From Adineta vaga (taxonomy: Eukaryota > Animalia > Rotifera): a DNA stretch of 64,000 nucleotides. Under the pieces are notes generated by a model. The model saw only the letters and a program-made list of their open reading frames with translations, was not told where the DNA came from and ran no database searches. The stretch is from NCBI GenBank assembly GCA_021613535.1, contig CP075492.1:19034001-19098000 (forward strand), read 5' to 3'. The first letter of the stretch is position 1; every line of letters starts with the position of its first letter. The position numbers and the translations under genes were made by a program. Positions 52,301-63,089 of this stretch are shown one piece after another.

Positions 52301-53026
52301 AAACTGTCTCAGGACACAATACACGATTCACTTGATCAATTATTAACAAGTTATTTAGTCAATAACCAATTACTATCATCGTCTTTATTAAGGGAACATA
52401 TCCAAAGAATTATCGATGATTTCAAAATACAAGTACCGAAAACAGTAATGAATATGTTTGCATTGATTCGCATGACAACAATAGCAAACAAATTGATGAC
52501 TACATATAGTACCAATTGGATATTTGCTTTTCCACCAATTAGAATTTCAGGCTATACTCTACACACTGTTCCAGTCGTTGAGTCCGGTTGCAATTGTGGT
52601 TTGACTTCGAAATGTATGATGAATTATTTTGGATTACAGATTGGTTGTTATGTAATCGAAACTATCTCGCAATCATTACTTGAATGTCTCTATGATACAC
52701 ATTGCATCGATAAAACAAATACTAGTCGACCACTGAATAACTCTGCTGATCCAAGTCGCTTTCCTATTAATTCGACCTTTGGATCACTTCTCAACGAATT
52801 AATGTTGGAAAAACTTTCTGATAATCACTCATATGATGATTATTTTCGCCATTGTGCACCTTCGTTTTGTGTTTGGTCTCATTTTAACCAAAGGGATCTA
52901 ACCAAAGGAATTACAACATTAATTTCTCTCTATGGTGGTGTAGTAATCATTGGTAAATTAGTTGCAATAATCATCGTCAAACTATTACCACGCCAATCAG
53001 TCCAAGTTACACCGACTACAAACTAA
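49311..53026 (+). CDS. Second three-unit TM-Cys-rich ectodomain-TM protein (~1215 aa)
   Basis: Exons 49311-50595 and 50664-53026 (phase-1 GTAAGT intron, 68 nt). Units 2 and 3 lie in one continuous ORF. Same Cys and GLxGG-type motifs as the gene at 23179-27273. Confidence 0.9.
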
Positions 53027-53034
53027 TCTATCAG

Positions 53035-53083
53035 TGAGGGTGTGGGTGAGATTGTGGCTATGCTGTTAACCCACATCCAAACC
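53035..53083. repeat. Telomere-like hairpin element
   Basis: TGAGGGTGTGGGTGAG...AACCCACATCCAAACC, starting 9 bp after the stop codon at 53026. Confidence 0.7.
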
Positions 53084-54612
53084 CGTGTTTAGTGAAGCAT
53101 GGACTTCGTAGCATCTATGTCGTCATCGAATTATTTGTTTTTGAGACTCGTCAGTTTAATAACTGTTTTAAGCTTCTATTTAAAATAAACTTTCGATTTT
53201 TGAGACCTAAACATCACGTCATTAGTCTTTTCATATACATTAATCCTGGATAAACAAAGTCAAATTTTGCCTGTTTTTCAAAATAAAAAAACAAAAGACC
53301 AATGATAGTTGTGATGGAAATTCTCCTTCTATTAGTACCTACTCGTCTTAAAATGTGAGCCTACTCTAGACTGAAATCGCTCCGCCGCACTTGCCCATCC
53401 ACACCCTTAAACTCCATACCACATACATCACCCATCGCAAAGTTAAAATACACTGTTATTAAATTTTGATAATGATTTTATGACACGCCGCAGGACTCTA
53501 CACGATTGAAATTCACTCTTTCTCTCTTGTCTAAACCACAGAAGAAAAAGATTTCAATTAATATCGACTATTGTTTCTTTTCCATAAGATTATATTTTTA
53601 CCGAATAGATTTACTGTTTTTTAATTCATAAAGCATTGATTATTATTCTACATTTTTATTTCTAAGTCAAATAAATATAGATGTGATAAAATTCACTATA
53701 ACAGCAACCATTTAGAAAATGTGTAAGTGCAGCTGAAAAAAAATGATTTTCAACGATTTTTGTTTTGTAAAAAATTGCTTTTTATATATGTAACAATATT
53801 TTATTTCCGTGAATTAACTAAAAAACGTTCACATCTATACCGAATTTTGATATAATTATACGATTCAATGACATCTGTCATCATTTGGTTTAAAACAGAT
53901 GCTCAGAAAAGGGAAAGTAATGCTTCCCCTTTTTCATATTTTTTTAATGATTTTAATGTTGGTGGAGTGGTGTCACATATTCAGTAGATCCGAAATGTTG
54001 GAGATGCCTCCAGAGATGCAAGTGATGCATATCTCGCATCTCCATCTCTCGTTTGCAAAAGATGAATAATTCTATCATCATTTTCGATTAGAACTCACCG
54101 AAAATATCGATTTCAATAAAAGCAACACACAGTTATTCATTGTCAATCACAGACTACACGGACACCCTCACTGTCAGTCTCTCAGATCAAAATGAATGAA
54201 ATTGATTTTTCATCTTTTGAACAAAGAAGATCATCAATCTCTCGAAGGAAAAAAACTATTAGTTCATACTTTTTTATTATGAATTTCTTTATCTACGGAG
54301 AAATATAATGACTGAAAATTTTGCAGAAAAGCTAATAAAAAGCAGATGTTCGTTGATATATTATGTTGAAGAATATCTAAATATTTTTCTTTTATAAGTA
54401 CCAGTTACTTTAGTATTTGCCAAAAGAATTGATCAGGCAAGTGCCAATTTGACGAACTTCTCATAATGTCAACATAGAAAACTGTCATTTATAAAATGAG
54501 AAAAACAAGCTGAGTTTGCCCACTTTTTATTCTCATACAATTCAAAGTCTTTCGATGAGGATTTCTTTCTTTGATTTAATTTACTTTAACTGTTTTAGAC
54601 TATTCTTGAACA

Positions 54613-56210
54613 ATGAGTCTCAATAGAATCGTTGTATGTAATGCAAATTATAAAGAAAGAACAGTATCACATGAATGAATGTTTCTTTTTATTATTATTT
54701 AGTCTCAATCGATGAATCCCTCTGTGACAGAGACACCAGTTACTCAAAGAAAAACATAGTATGTCTATTGCTATACAAAGCTAATTGAGAAAACAACCAT
54801 CTACTATTTTAGATGTGGATGCTTTGGAATAAAAAAATTCCTACGAACTATATTAATCGGTGCGATCTTTATTTCGATCATCTGTATACCAATAGTTATT
54901 TCGTCAATGAAAGATGATCATAGTATAAAATCATCAATATTACGAACAACTTCAACATCTACAACAACATCAGCAGCAATCATTACCACAGAAAAGGCAC
55001 ATGTAACAACAATAACAAGCGCAGGTAGAGTATGCATCGACTTCTGAGAAAGACAGAAAAATATTTTCGATCCAAGGGAAGTTTACGGTTCTTTACATAG
55101 TTCAACGAAAGTGTTTTCATAATTGATATACAAAATCATCTTTCCTTAACTTAGCAATTCAGAGCTTTTACAATTGGATGACCGATCATTACTAGAAATA
55201 AAATATGTTTTACAGTGCCATTTATTTCTGTTAGCATGGAAAGTTACAGGTAGCATGAGCGTTGCACGACAAGATCACATATCAACTACGTTGATAAATG
55301 GCAAAGTGTTAGTGGCTGGTGGATATAATGGTGCTGCTTTAGATAGTACCGAATTGTATGATGCATCCAGTGGTACCTGGACACGGACAACTGCTATGAA
55401 TACTGCACGAACATTCCACTCAGCAACTTTACTAGAAAATGGAAATGTGTTGGTCGTTGGTGGAAAGACAAGCACTCAGTTTCTCAGTACATGTGAATTG
55501 TATAATATATCATCAGACACTTGGACGTATACAGGAAACATGCCCAACACACGAGGTGCTCATATAGTAACTACCTTGATGGATGAGAGAATCTTAGTGG
55601 TGGTGATAGTGAGATCGGTTTTCTTGCCACTGCTGCATTGTATGATCCAACAACAGATATGTGGGTAATTACTAATCCTATGAATGTTATACGTGTTTCT
55701 CATGCAGCATCTTTGTTACAAAATGGATTAGTATTAGTGAGTGCTGGATATAATAAAATTTATCCGACTAGTTCTGAATTATTTAATCCATTGCCACAAA
55801 CTTGGACGTTTACGAGTAATGTGAATATTGCACGACAGCGTCATACATCATCAATATTACCAAATGGAAATGTACTCATAGCTGGTGGATACAATGGTTC
55901 TTCTTTGACTAGTGCTGAGGTGTATGATCAGTCAACAGAAATTTGGACACATACTGGCAGTCTGAATTATGCACGCGATGGTCACAGAGCTATAGTATTA
56001 GAAAATGGGTTCGTGCTGGTGACTGGCGGATCCAGCAGCACTAATATGGCTGAATTATATAATCCAGAAACGAGAAATTGGATTATTACAAGAAATATGA
56101 ATGCTACACGAGCTTTTCATGCAATATCTACACTAATCGATAGAAAAATATTAATTAACGGTGGTATCTGCAATCGTAACATTTACCTCAATAGTGCAGA
56201 ACTATACTAA
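54613..56210 (+). pseudogene. Type II membrane protein with S/T stalk and 7-blade Kelch propeller; disabled
   Basis: Exons 54613-54633, 54703-54758, 54813-55024 (TM ILIGAIFISIICIPIVI, T-rich) and 55235-56210. The exon 2/3 junction makes TA|A, and there is a frameshift near 55598 in blade 3. Repeats AR..H..LxNGxVLVxGG..ELY. Confidence 0.75.
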
Positions 56211-56516
56211 ATATTTTCGAACGAATAAAATTTTTCTTTATTGACTACAACAAAATTTATTATGACAATAAAAATCGTCTACTTATTTCTGCTTGAATAA
56301 AACCACCAATCTTAATATCTTGTATAGGACTATACATAGTTCAGTTCTAGTTCGGAACCGTTCACTTTTTTGACAAGTTCAACTCATATGAACTGGACTC
56401 TATCAATAAGTTCTTTTGAACGAGCTGACCTCTATAATCGATTCTTTTCGACGAACAGTGAAATATATATTCGTGTCCCAATATGCACGGTTACCCTTGG
56501 GTCTTCAAGTGCTATC

Positions 56517-56690
56517 TATCTAAATATCTATATCTATATTCTATATATAAAGAATAAAGTTTGTCTGTCTGTCTGTCCACTATGCATTTAGTCCCAGTGA
56601 TAGCTAGGGTGATCATACTTCCCACGATGGTTCCTTGGATCCAGAGGAAGGTCGACATCGGGTTAGAATCACTGAAAATGGTTGAGAGAG
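56517..56690 (+). mobile_element. Possible 5' end of a non-autonomous Helitron-like element
   Basis: TCTATATCTATATTCTATATATAAAGAATAAAGTTT followed by (GTCT)n resembles invertebrate Helitron 5' ends. No 3' hairpin/CTAG end could be confirmed. Confidence 0.4.
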
Positions 56691-57360
56691 GGAGTGTATT
56701 CCTGAATGAAATTTCACCCAGATACTCCTTTCTAAGCCTTCCCCTCTTTCTACTAGTGCCGTTAACGGTCTGTCAACCTTCAATTGGAATTACGGGACTA
56801 TCATGAGAAGTTTGTTGGCGTTAGCTATCTCAAGAACCAAATTGAGAGTATGAGTGAGAGTGGATGAAATCTCACCCGGACAACCATCGTGAGGGTGCCG
56901 ATGAATGTGAATGAATCACCAGTTGGCCTAGATCTTATCCAACTGATTCAGAAAAATTCAGATGAATATAGAGGTTTAAGTAGTTGGATAATACAAAATT
57001 ATTGTTAGGTAAAATCTGTTGTGAAGAAATGGCACAAATTTGTTTAAATCTCAAACGCCCTCCTCAAGTCCTAATGGACTCGAGTGGATAAAGAAACATC
57101 TAGACGTTTTTCTGCTTCGGTCTTCGAATTCACAGTTATAAAATGAAATTACTTGATAACAAAAGCGTAGCATGTTGTCTCTTATGACACATGAGTCGAA
57201 AATATAAAGATTAAACACCGCGTACAAATGTCATTTAGCTAAAATTGGCTAAAATGTAGGCATTTGAGGGTTAAGAGAAATATGAACGATAACAGAAGAT
57301 AGATGCAATACCAGTTTTTAACGAAGAAAGTCGTACAATGAAACTGATATTTCTATACAA

Positions 57361-57413
57361 TCTTGAGGATGCGTGTGGGTAAATAGAAAATACCCAAACC
57401 CACACCCTCGAGA
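57361..57413. repeat. Telomere-like hairpin element
   Basis: TCTTGAGGATGCGTGTGGGTA-spacer-TACCCAAACCCACACCCTCGAGA. Confidence 0.85.
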
Positions 57414-57888
57414 TGGTTTCATGTGAGAAAATTTCGGTCTTACAGTACATGAATAAGCAAGTTTATCAGCAGTCTTGCTAGTGCACTTGGTGAGGCTGAA
57501 GAGATGACGACCTGCTGTGCTGTCAACCTGCCTTTAAGATCACAGAAATGGATTGCACAAATGACTTTTTACCGGAATATGGTAAAACTTTTCTCACTGC
57601 ATTGTATAGTACATTCTGTTTTGTAAACGTGTGTATAAAGAAAGCAAAAACTGCGTTATAGAATTACAACGAGTATGGATGATGATGGCGCGAATCGTGT
57701 AAGAAATTTATCATTATTATCAGACTATGTGGACTATCATCCGACAGCATAGAACAGTGGAGCCATTTTTTGCTTTCCAGACTATTTAGAAAGAATTTTT
57801 TCAAAAATTTTCACACAATCCAAATATCACTGTCAATAGTTCTGATATGAACTAAGCAAATTTTGGTATTTGGAATAAGAGTAGATTC

Positions 57889-60800
57889 GGTATAAACTCA
57901 TTCTGCCAATTTCCCTTTCTGCCACTGTCGTTCTGCCAGTTCAAAAAATTGGCAGAGTCTCGTAAAAATTCTGCCAATTGGTAGAAGTTCATTTATAATT
58001 GACAGTGTGTGCCGTGATTTTCTGCCAATTAGTAGAAGTGACTATGAAACTATACACTTTAATTAGTAAATTAACTAAAATAATTTATCGACTAGATTGA
58101 AAGATATATTTTTATTTTCTTACGGCTTTTAAATTGCCGATTTCTTCGAAAGTAAAATCCATTCAAATTACAAATTTAGAAAAATTGTCTACTATAAACA
58201 TACATGGCTTTTTTAACAAGAAAAATCCGTTTGAAAAGAGTCTTGATTGTTGTTGTTGTTCTTGCTGTTTATCTTTCAGCTGCAAGTTTCTTCTTCTTTG
58301 GTGGTGGTGTTGTTTGACATACTGCACTTGCTGTTGATGAAACTGTTGTGTTAGCGTTAGCACTACCAATATCAGCATTACCAATAAAAAATGTGCATGC
58401 CTTCAAATATTTTTCAATATTTAATTTTCCACTAATATATTTCTTATTCAAATTTGATATCGATTGACTTATGATATCGTTTTCTGGAGCACATGCACTG
58501 TCACTTGTTCGAATTTTACCAACGACAAGTTTTTGTACGCGTTGTTCAATTATTTGTTCTTCAATCAATAGACGATACAGAAACAACCATACACTAGGAC
58601 GATCACCAAATCGATTTCCAATACGATTATTATATCCTAGAATGGAAAGAAGAAAGAAATGTAAGCTAACATACGAGATGGTATTGACTTGATTTAGAAA
58701 ATCACTCTCATCTACGAGACAAAATAAATTACCTTCAAGCCAGTTGTTGCTTCTTGGAATTGAATTTCCCACATGCCAATATTGCCTTGGAACGGATACA
58801 AGCCATTGAGATTCGAAATAATGTAGAAAGTTGCGACATTGATCTGAATCAGTTGGAATATGTTTTTGTAAATGTTCAATTGCACATGGAAAAATACCAT
58901 TATCCACAAGTGGTAAAGCCATAAATGATCTGAGCCACGTTCTAATCGCTACATCATCTCGATAACTAGATATTAAACCAAGTTGTCCAATATTTTTATA
59001 TAAACATTTACAAAAGTGGAACCAACAGTCGGTATTTTCGACTCCTACAAACTATAAAAAAGACAAGACGATGACAGAATACTTTGATTATTATAAGAAA
59101 TTGAAAGGATCAAACTCAAGAAACGTTGTATATACACTTACACGTTGTTTAATTGAATTACGTTGAGCTGTTTCGAAATCAAGAATGAATCGTTTCACTT
59201 TCATTAGTGATTGATTCTTCAATGACCATTTAATTATTACAGACCAAATTTTGTCATAATTTTGTTGTTTTTTGTTACTAGTTAATGCCCAAGCCAATGG
59301 AACACCTATTCAACAAAAAAAGGAAACATCAAACTCGATAATTCTAAGTTGACTTAGAGCTTTTCACTTCCTCACCTTCATCACCGATAACCCCCATAAT
59401 AATAACCATTTGTTCAAAGCCAATTGGTGCACTCTCAAATGTTCCATCAACTAGAATTAATTGTGTTTCGCATAAGTGTTGCAATAACTCATTTGTTGAA
59501 AATAATAACAATCTTCCATCGTACTTTTCCTTATAACCATCATAGATAATAATTGATTCACTTTTTGTTTGAGAAAATTGTCTTGATATTTCAAATGTTT
59601 GATCATTTGGTAAAGGTGGAAACATGTTTGCACGATGTCGATAAACAGTTCGAGCTTTGAAAGAAAAATTTACAAGTGCATTTAGGAATAGTTTCATCAA
59701 AGTTTAGCTTGAGAATATCTATCCCTAACTTGAGCTGTAGGAAAAACTTACCAACTGTTTCTGGAAGAGGAAAATTGACCATATCTTCATTATCCAGACC
59801 CAGATTGGCAATTCCCTGATCGACTGCAGCAGAAACATCAATCGAAAGATCTTCGACTTTTCGTTTCAAATCATTAATCAAACGATGCTTCTTCACCAAG
59901 AGCAAATCTATTGGATGGTTATGATCGATACGATTATTACCAAGATAATTACCATTTGTTGAATCCGTATAAATCACTGCGTGACACTTTTTGTCACAAC
60001 GTTGACATCTTCATAGTTTTTTATTCAGTTCTTCTGATTTGGATTGATAGACATAAATACTTTCTTCCATAAATAGCATATCTCCATCTAATTTCATTTT
60101 GTCCCAGGTGATACGACCAACAGCTATTGAATAAATTTCTTTATAATGTTTACCACCATCATCCTTCTCCTGCTTCTTGTTATCATCATCATTTGTTTCA
60201 TCGCGTAATTTACAGATGTTAGATATATCATTAAGCACATTTTATGTTACTGGACTGATGTTTGAGAATGATGTAGTCGATGATGTGACCACAGAACGTA
60301 AACGATCGGAAAGTGGTGAATGATGGGATTGTGAAGGAGAAGATGGTGTAACACCAGGCTCTTCAACACTTGATAAAAGTACTGATTGAGTTATACCTAT
60401 AAGTGAAAGACAACAGAAACGTATAAGGATAACTTACAGAGAAAGATCTTTGTCATAAGTTATTGCACTTACCTGAATTGAATACATTTGCTGCTGGAAT
60501 AAGTTTTTTCTTCTCCTCTGTTTCTTTTTTTCTGTTATTAATAACATTATTATTTGATTCACTCTCAATTTTAATGGGAATTGAGGATGCTTGATCCGAT
60601 TTATTGTTTAGAATAGCTTTTGCAGTAGAACGAGTAATTCGCTTTTCAGTAGAACATGATTTGGTTGATGACATCATAGACGAAAGTGCTTTTTACATGT
60701 ATATATTACTAAAATAACAGTGGTCGATGATGAAGAAATTTTGATCTACAAACAAAACCAAATTAATCAAACTGAGGAAAGAAAAAAGAGGAGGGACAGA

Positions 60801-61249
60801 TTCGTTGCACTTAAGAAAAATAAAACACATCTAATATCCTTCGAGGATGAAATTAGAAATAAAAATGATGTAGAAATGCGGTAAATACCCCAGTATTTAT
60901 ACATTGTAATAAGACAGACTATACATGAATACAATTTAGTCTATAGTAAGTTGACTATTCAAAAAGAGAATATTCGTCCGTTAATTTAACAAAATAAATC
61001 AGTTGGACTGATAGGAACATCGAAAATGGAAAAGAGAAGAAGAAATAAGCAAGGATAAAATAGAGCGATTGGATGACTATCGCCATTTGAAAAGACAAAT
61101 TCACCTTATTCAAATCAATCAAGTTTCTTTTTTCGTATTTACCTATCGTATCTAAGCGACACCTTTTATATATAGATATAACGTTAAGTAGAGAAATCCG
61201 TAAGTTCCCATGGACGATTTATTGCAGATTGGCAGAGTGACATAGATCC
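57889..61249 (-). mobile_element. Near full-length Mutator/MULE transposon with an intron-containing, inactivated transposase (~58269-60677)
   Basis: ILVDGTFESAP, FILDFETA, CWFHFCKCLYKNI, RSNNWLE|GYNNR and a FLYWCH-like L*RC..C..HNH with TGA at 60011. Degenerate 22-bp TIRs ending TCTGCCAAT. 8-bp TSD GTAGATTC (57881-57888) / GCAGATTC (61250-61257). Confidence 0.85.
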
Positions 61250-61535
61250 GCAGATTCCATACAGACATATTCTATGCAGGGTAAGATACATGTGTCTTAT
61301 TTAAATAATATTTTATTCGAAATAAAGAGTAAAAAACAGATGAAAGAAAATAAAAGAGAACAACCAGTACGGAAAACTACGTTAAAATAAAGTTGAAAAG
61401 TTTCAGGTGTCTTTGAATTCTAGATCTTGCTTGTACGTTTCAAAACCTAAAGCATAATAAATTAAAAGATGAAGGCTACTTTTCTTCTGATTAGATCTTT
61501 CGAAAAGCTGCGCAGCTAAGGATTATGATTATGAA

Positions 61536-61580
61536 CTTGAGGCTGGATGTGGGTGTCTTTTTCTTACTCACACCCTCCAA
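61536..61580. repeat. Telomere-like hairpin element
   Basis: CTTGAGGCTGGATGTGGGTGT...ACTCACACCCTCCAA. Confidence 0.65.
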
Positions 61581-61889
61581 TTCTTCAGAGAAGTTTTGCA
61601 AAAAGCAAAAACAGGAAGATTAAAACGAGCTCTCTGAGAATCTTCTACTGAACTTATTCTATAATTCAACATCTGCCCAAACGTACTCAACTAGTACCAT
61701 CACTTTAAAAAAGCTGTTGGCGTAAACGCTATTATCTCGAATAATTAAGTGGCCAGATTCCCTGCATATCGTGCCGATTTGGTGGGATATTCTAATCATA
61801 ATCTATTTCCGTCAAGAACTTCATCCTATGACATTTTGGTTGGACATCGATGCAAAGTGAAGTTCATTTTGTCAAAAGAACTCAATAAC

Positions 61890-63089
61890 TCACATGATTA
61901 GCAACATCTGTAATAAGAGTAGGAGCACACCAACGGCTCCAGTTGTAATAGCACGACCGCCAGTACTAGTTGTAGTAGTAGTATTAGTATTACTAGTATT
62001 AGTTGTTGTAGCAAAACCGACAGTACTAGTCGTCGTAGCAGGACCACCAGTACTAGTTATCGCAGCAGGACCCCCAGTATTAGTTGTCGCAGTAGAGCCA
62101 CCAGTACTAGTTGTCGCAGCAGGACCCCCAGTATTAGTTGTCGCAGTAGAGCCACCAGTACTAGTTGTCGCAGCAGGACCCCCAGTATTAGTTGTCGCAG
62201 TAGAGCCACCAGTACTAGATGTCGCAGCAGGACCCCCAGTATTAGTTGTCGCAGTAGAGCCACCAGTACTAGTTGTTGCGGCAGAGCCGCCAGTACTAGT
62301 TGTCGTAACAGGATTATCAGTACTATTGCAACAATAACTGCAACAAGCAGTAGCAGCAGCAGCCGTAATACTAAAAACACCATTGACGAAATAATTACCA
62401 AAACTAGCGCAAGTAGCATAATAGCCGATATTTATAGTTATATTTGGAATAGTCACGGTAGAAACAGTAAAACTAGGCGTAGTCATATTGAGAATCGTAA
62501 GAGTAGGAGTGGTGATGTTGGGAACAGTAAACGTGGGCGTAGTGACCATGGGAGTCGTGAAAGTAGCAGTTGTGATGTTTGGAAAAGTGATCGTAGGAGT
62601 AGTAATGTTGGGAATAGTTATCGTAGGAGTAGTGATGTTGGGAATAGTAACGGTAGGAGTAGTAATACTGGGAACAGTGAAAGTGGGAGTAGTGATGTTG
62701 GGAACCGTGAAAGTGGGTGTAGTGACCATGGGAGTCGTGAAAATAGGAGTAGTGAAAGTAGGAGTAATGAAAGTAGGAGTAGTGATATTTTGGAAAGTGA
62801 TCGTAAGAGTAGTAATATCAGGCATAGTAACGGTAGGAGTAGAAGTAGTAGGAATATTGAAACCAGGACAAGCACAACCGCGATAACCATTGTCATTACC
62901 ATTTATAACATAGCCACTGTTACAATTACCATCACTGTTGCCTGCGCTACATCCAAGATTAGTACAACTGGCACCACCAAGTTGACTATTAGCAGCAACA
63001 TAACAGATGCAACCAGCTGGAGGATCTCCGCTGATAGTATGGATGACTAGAAGTAATATGGCGAAGGCAAACGATATAGCTTGGATCAT
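61890..63089 (-). CDS. Secreted, probably GPI-anchored mucin-like protein with Cys-rich N-terminus and two Thr-rich repeat arrays
   Basis: Intronless 399 aa ORF: signal peptide, small Cys/Gly domain, (TTPTxTxPNI)-type repeats, second Cys cluster, alternating TTSTGGSTA/TTNTGGPAA 9-mers, hydrophobic C-terminus. Confidence 0.85.
   Translation of the reverse strand: MIQAISFAFAILLLVIHTISGDPPAGCICYVAANSQLGGASCTNLGCSAGNSDGNCNSGYVINGNDNGYRGCACPGFNIPTTSTPTVTMPDITTLTITFQNITTPTFITPTFTTPIFTTPMVTTPTFTVPNITTPTFTVPSITTPTVTIPNITTPTITIPNITTPTITFPNITTATFTTPMVTTPTFTVPNITTPTLTILNMTTPSFTVSTVTIPNITINIGYYATCASFGNYFVNGVFSITAAAATACCSYCCNSTDNPVTTTSTGGSAATTSTGGSTATTNTGGPAATSSTGGSTATTNTGGPAATTSTGGSTATTNTGGPAATTSTGGSTATTNTGGPAAITSTGGPATTTSTVGFATTTNTSNTNTTTTTSTGGRAITTGAVGVLLLLLQMLLIM

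Noticed and set aside
9501-56210. Bacterial contamination to explain bacterial-looking domains
   Set aside because: The domains are joined to host-type exons by canonical spliceosomal introns and interleaved with eukaryotic transposons.
33534-60013. TGA read as Trp (in-frame TGA at Trp-like positions 33534 and 60011)
   Set aside because: TGA terminates intact genes here (20104, 42544, 61890) and both loci are otherwise decayed or transposon-derived, so simple TGG>TGA mutation suffices.
8427-61580. CRISPR array interpretation of the recurring palindromes
   Set aside because: Copies are kilobases apart, variable in length and sequence, in a eukaryotic context with no cas genes.
61894-62902. 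Val/Leu-rich ORFs overlapping the mucin-like gene
   Set aside because: Antisense and alternate-frame shadows of the Thr-rich tandem repeats.
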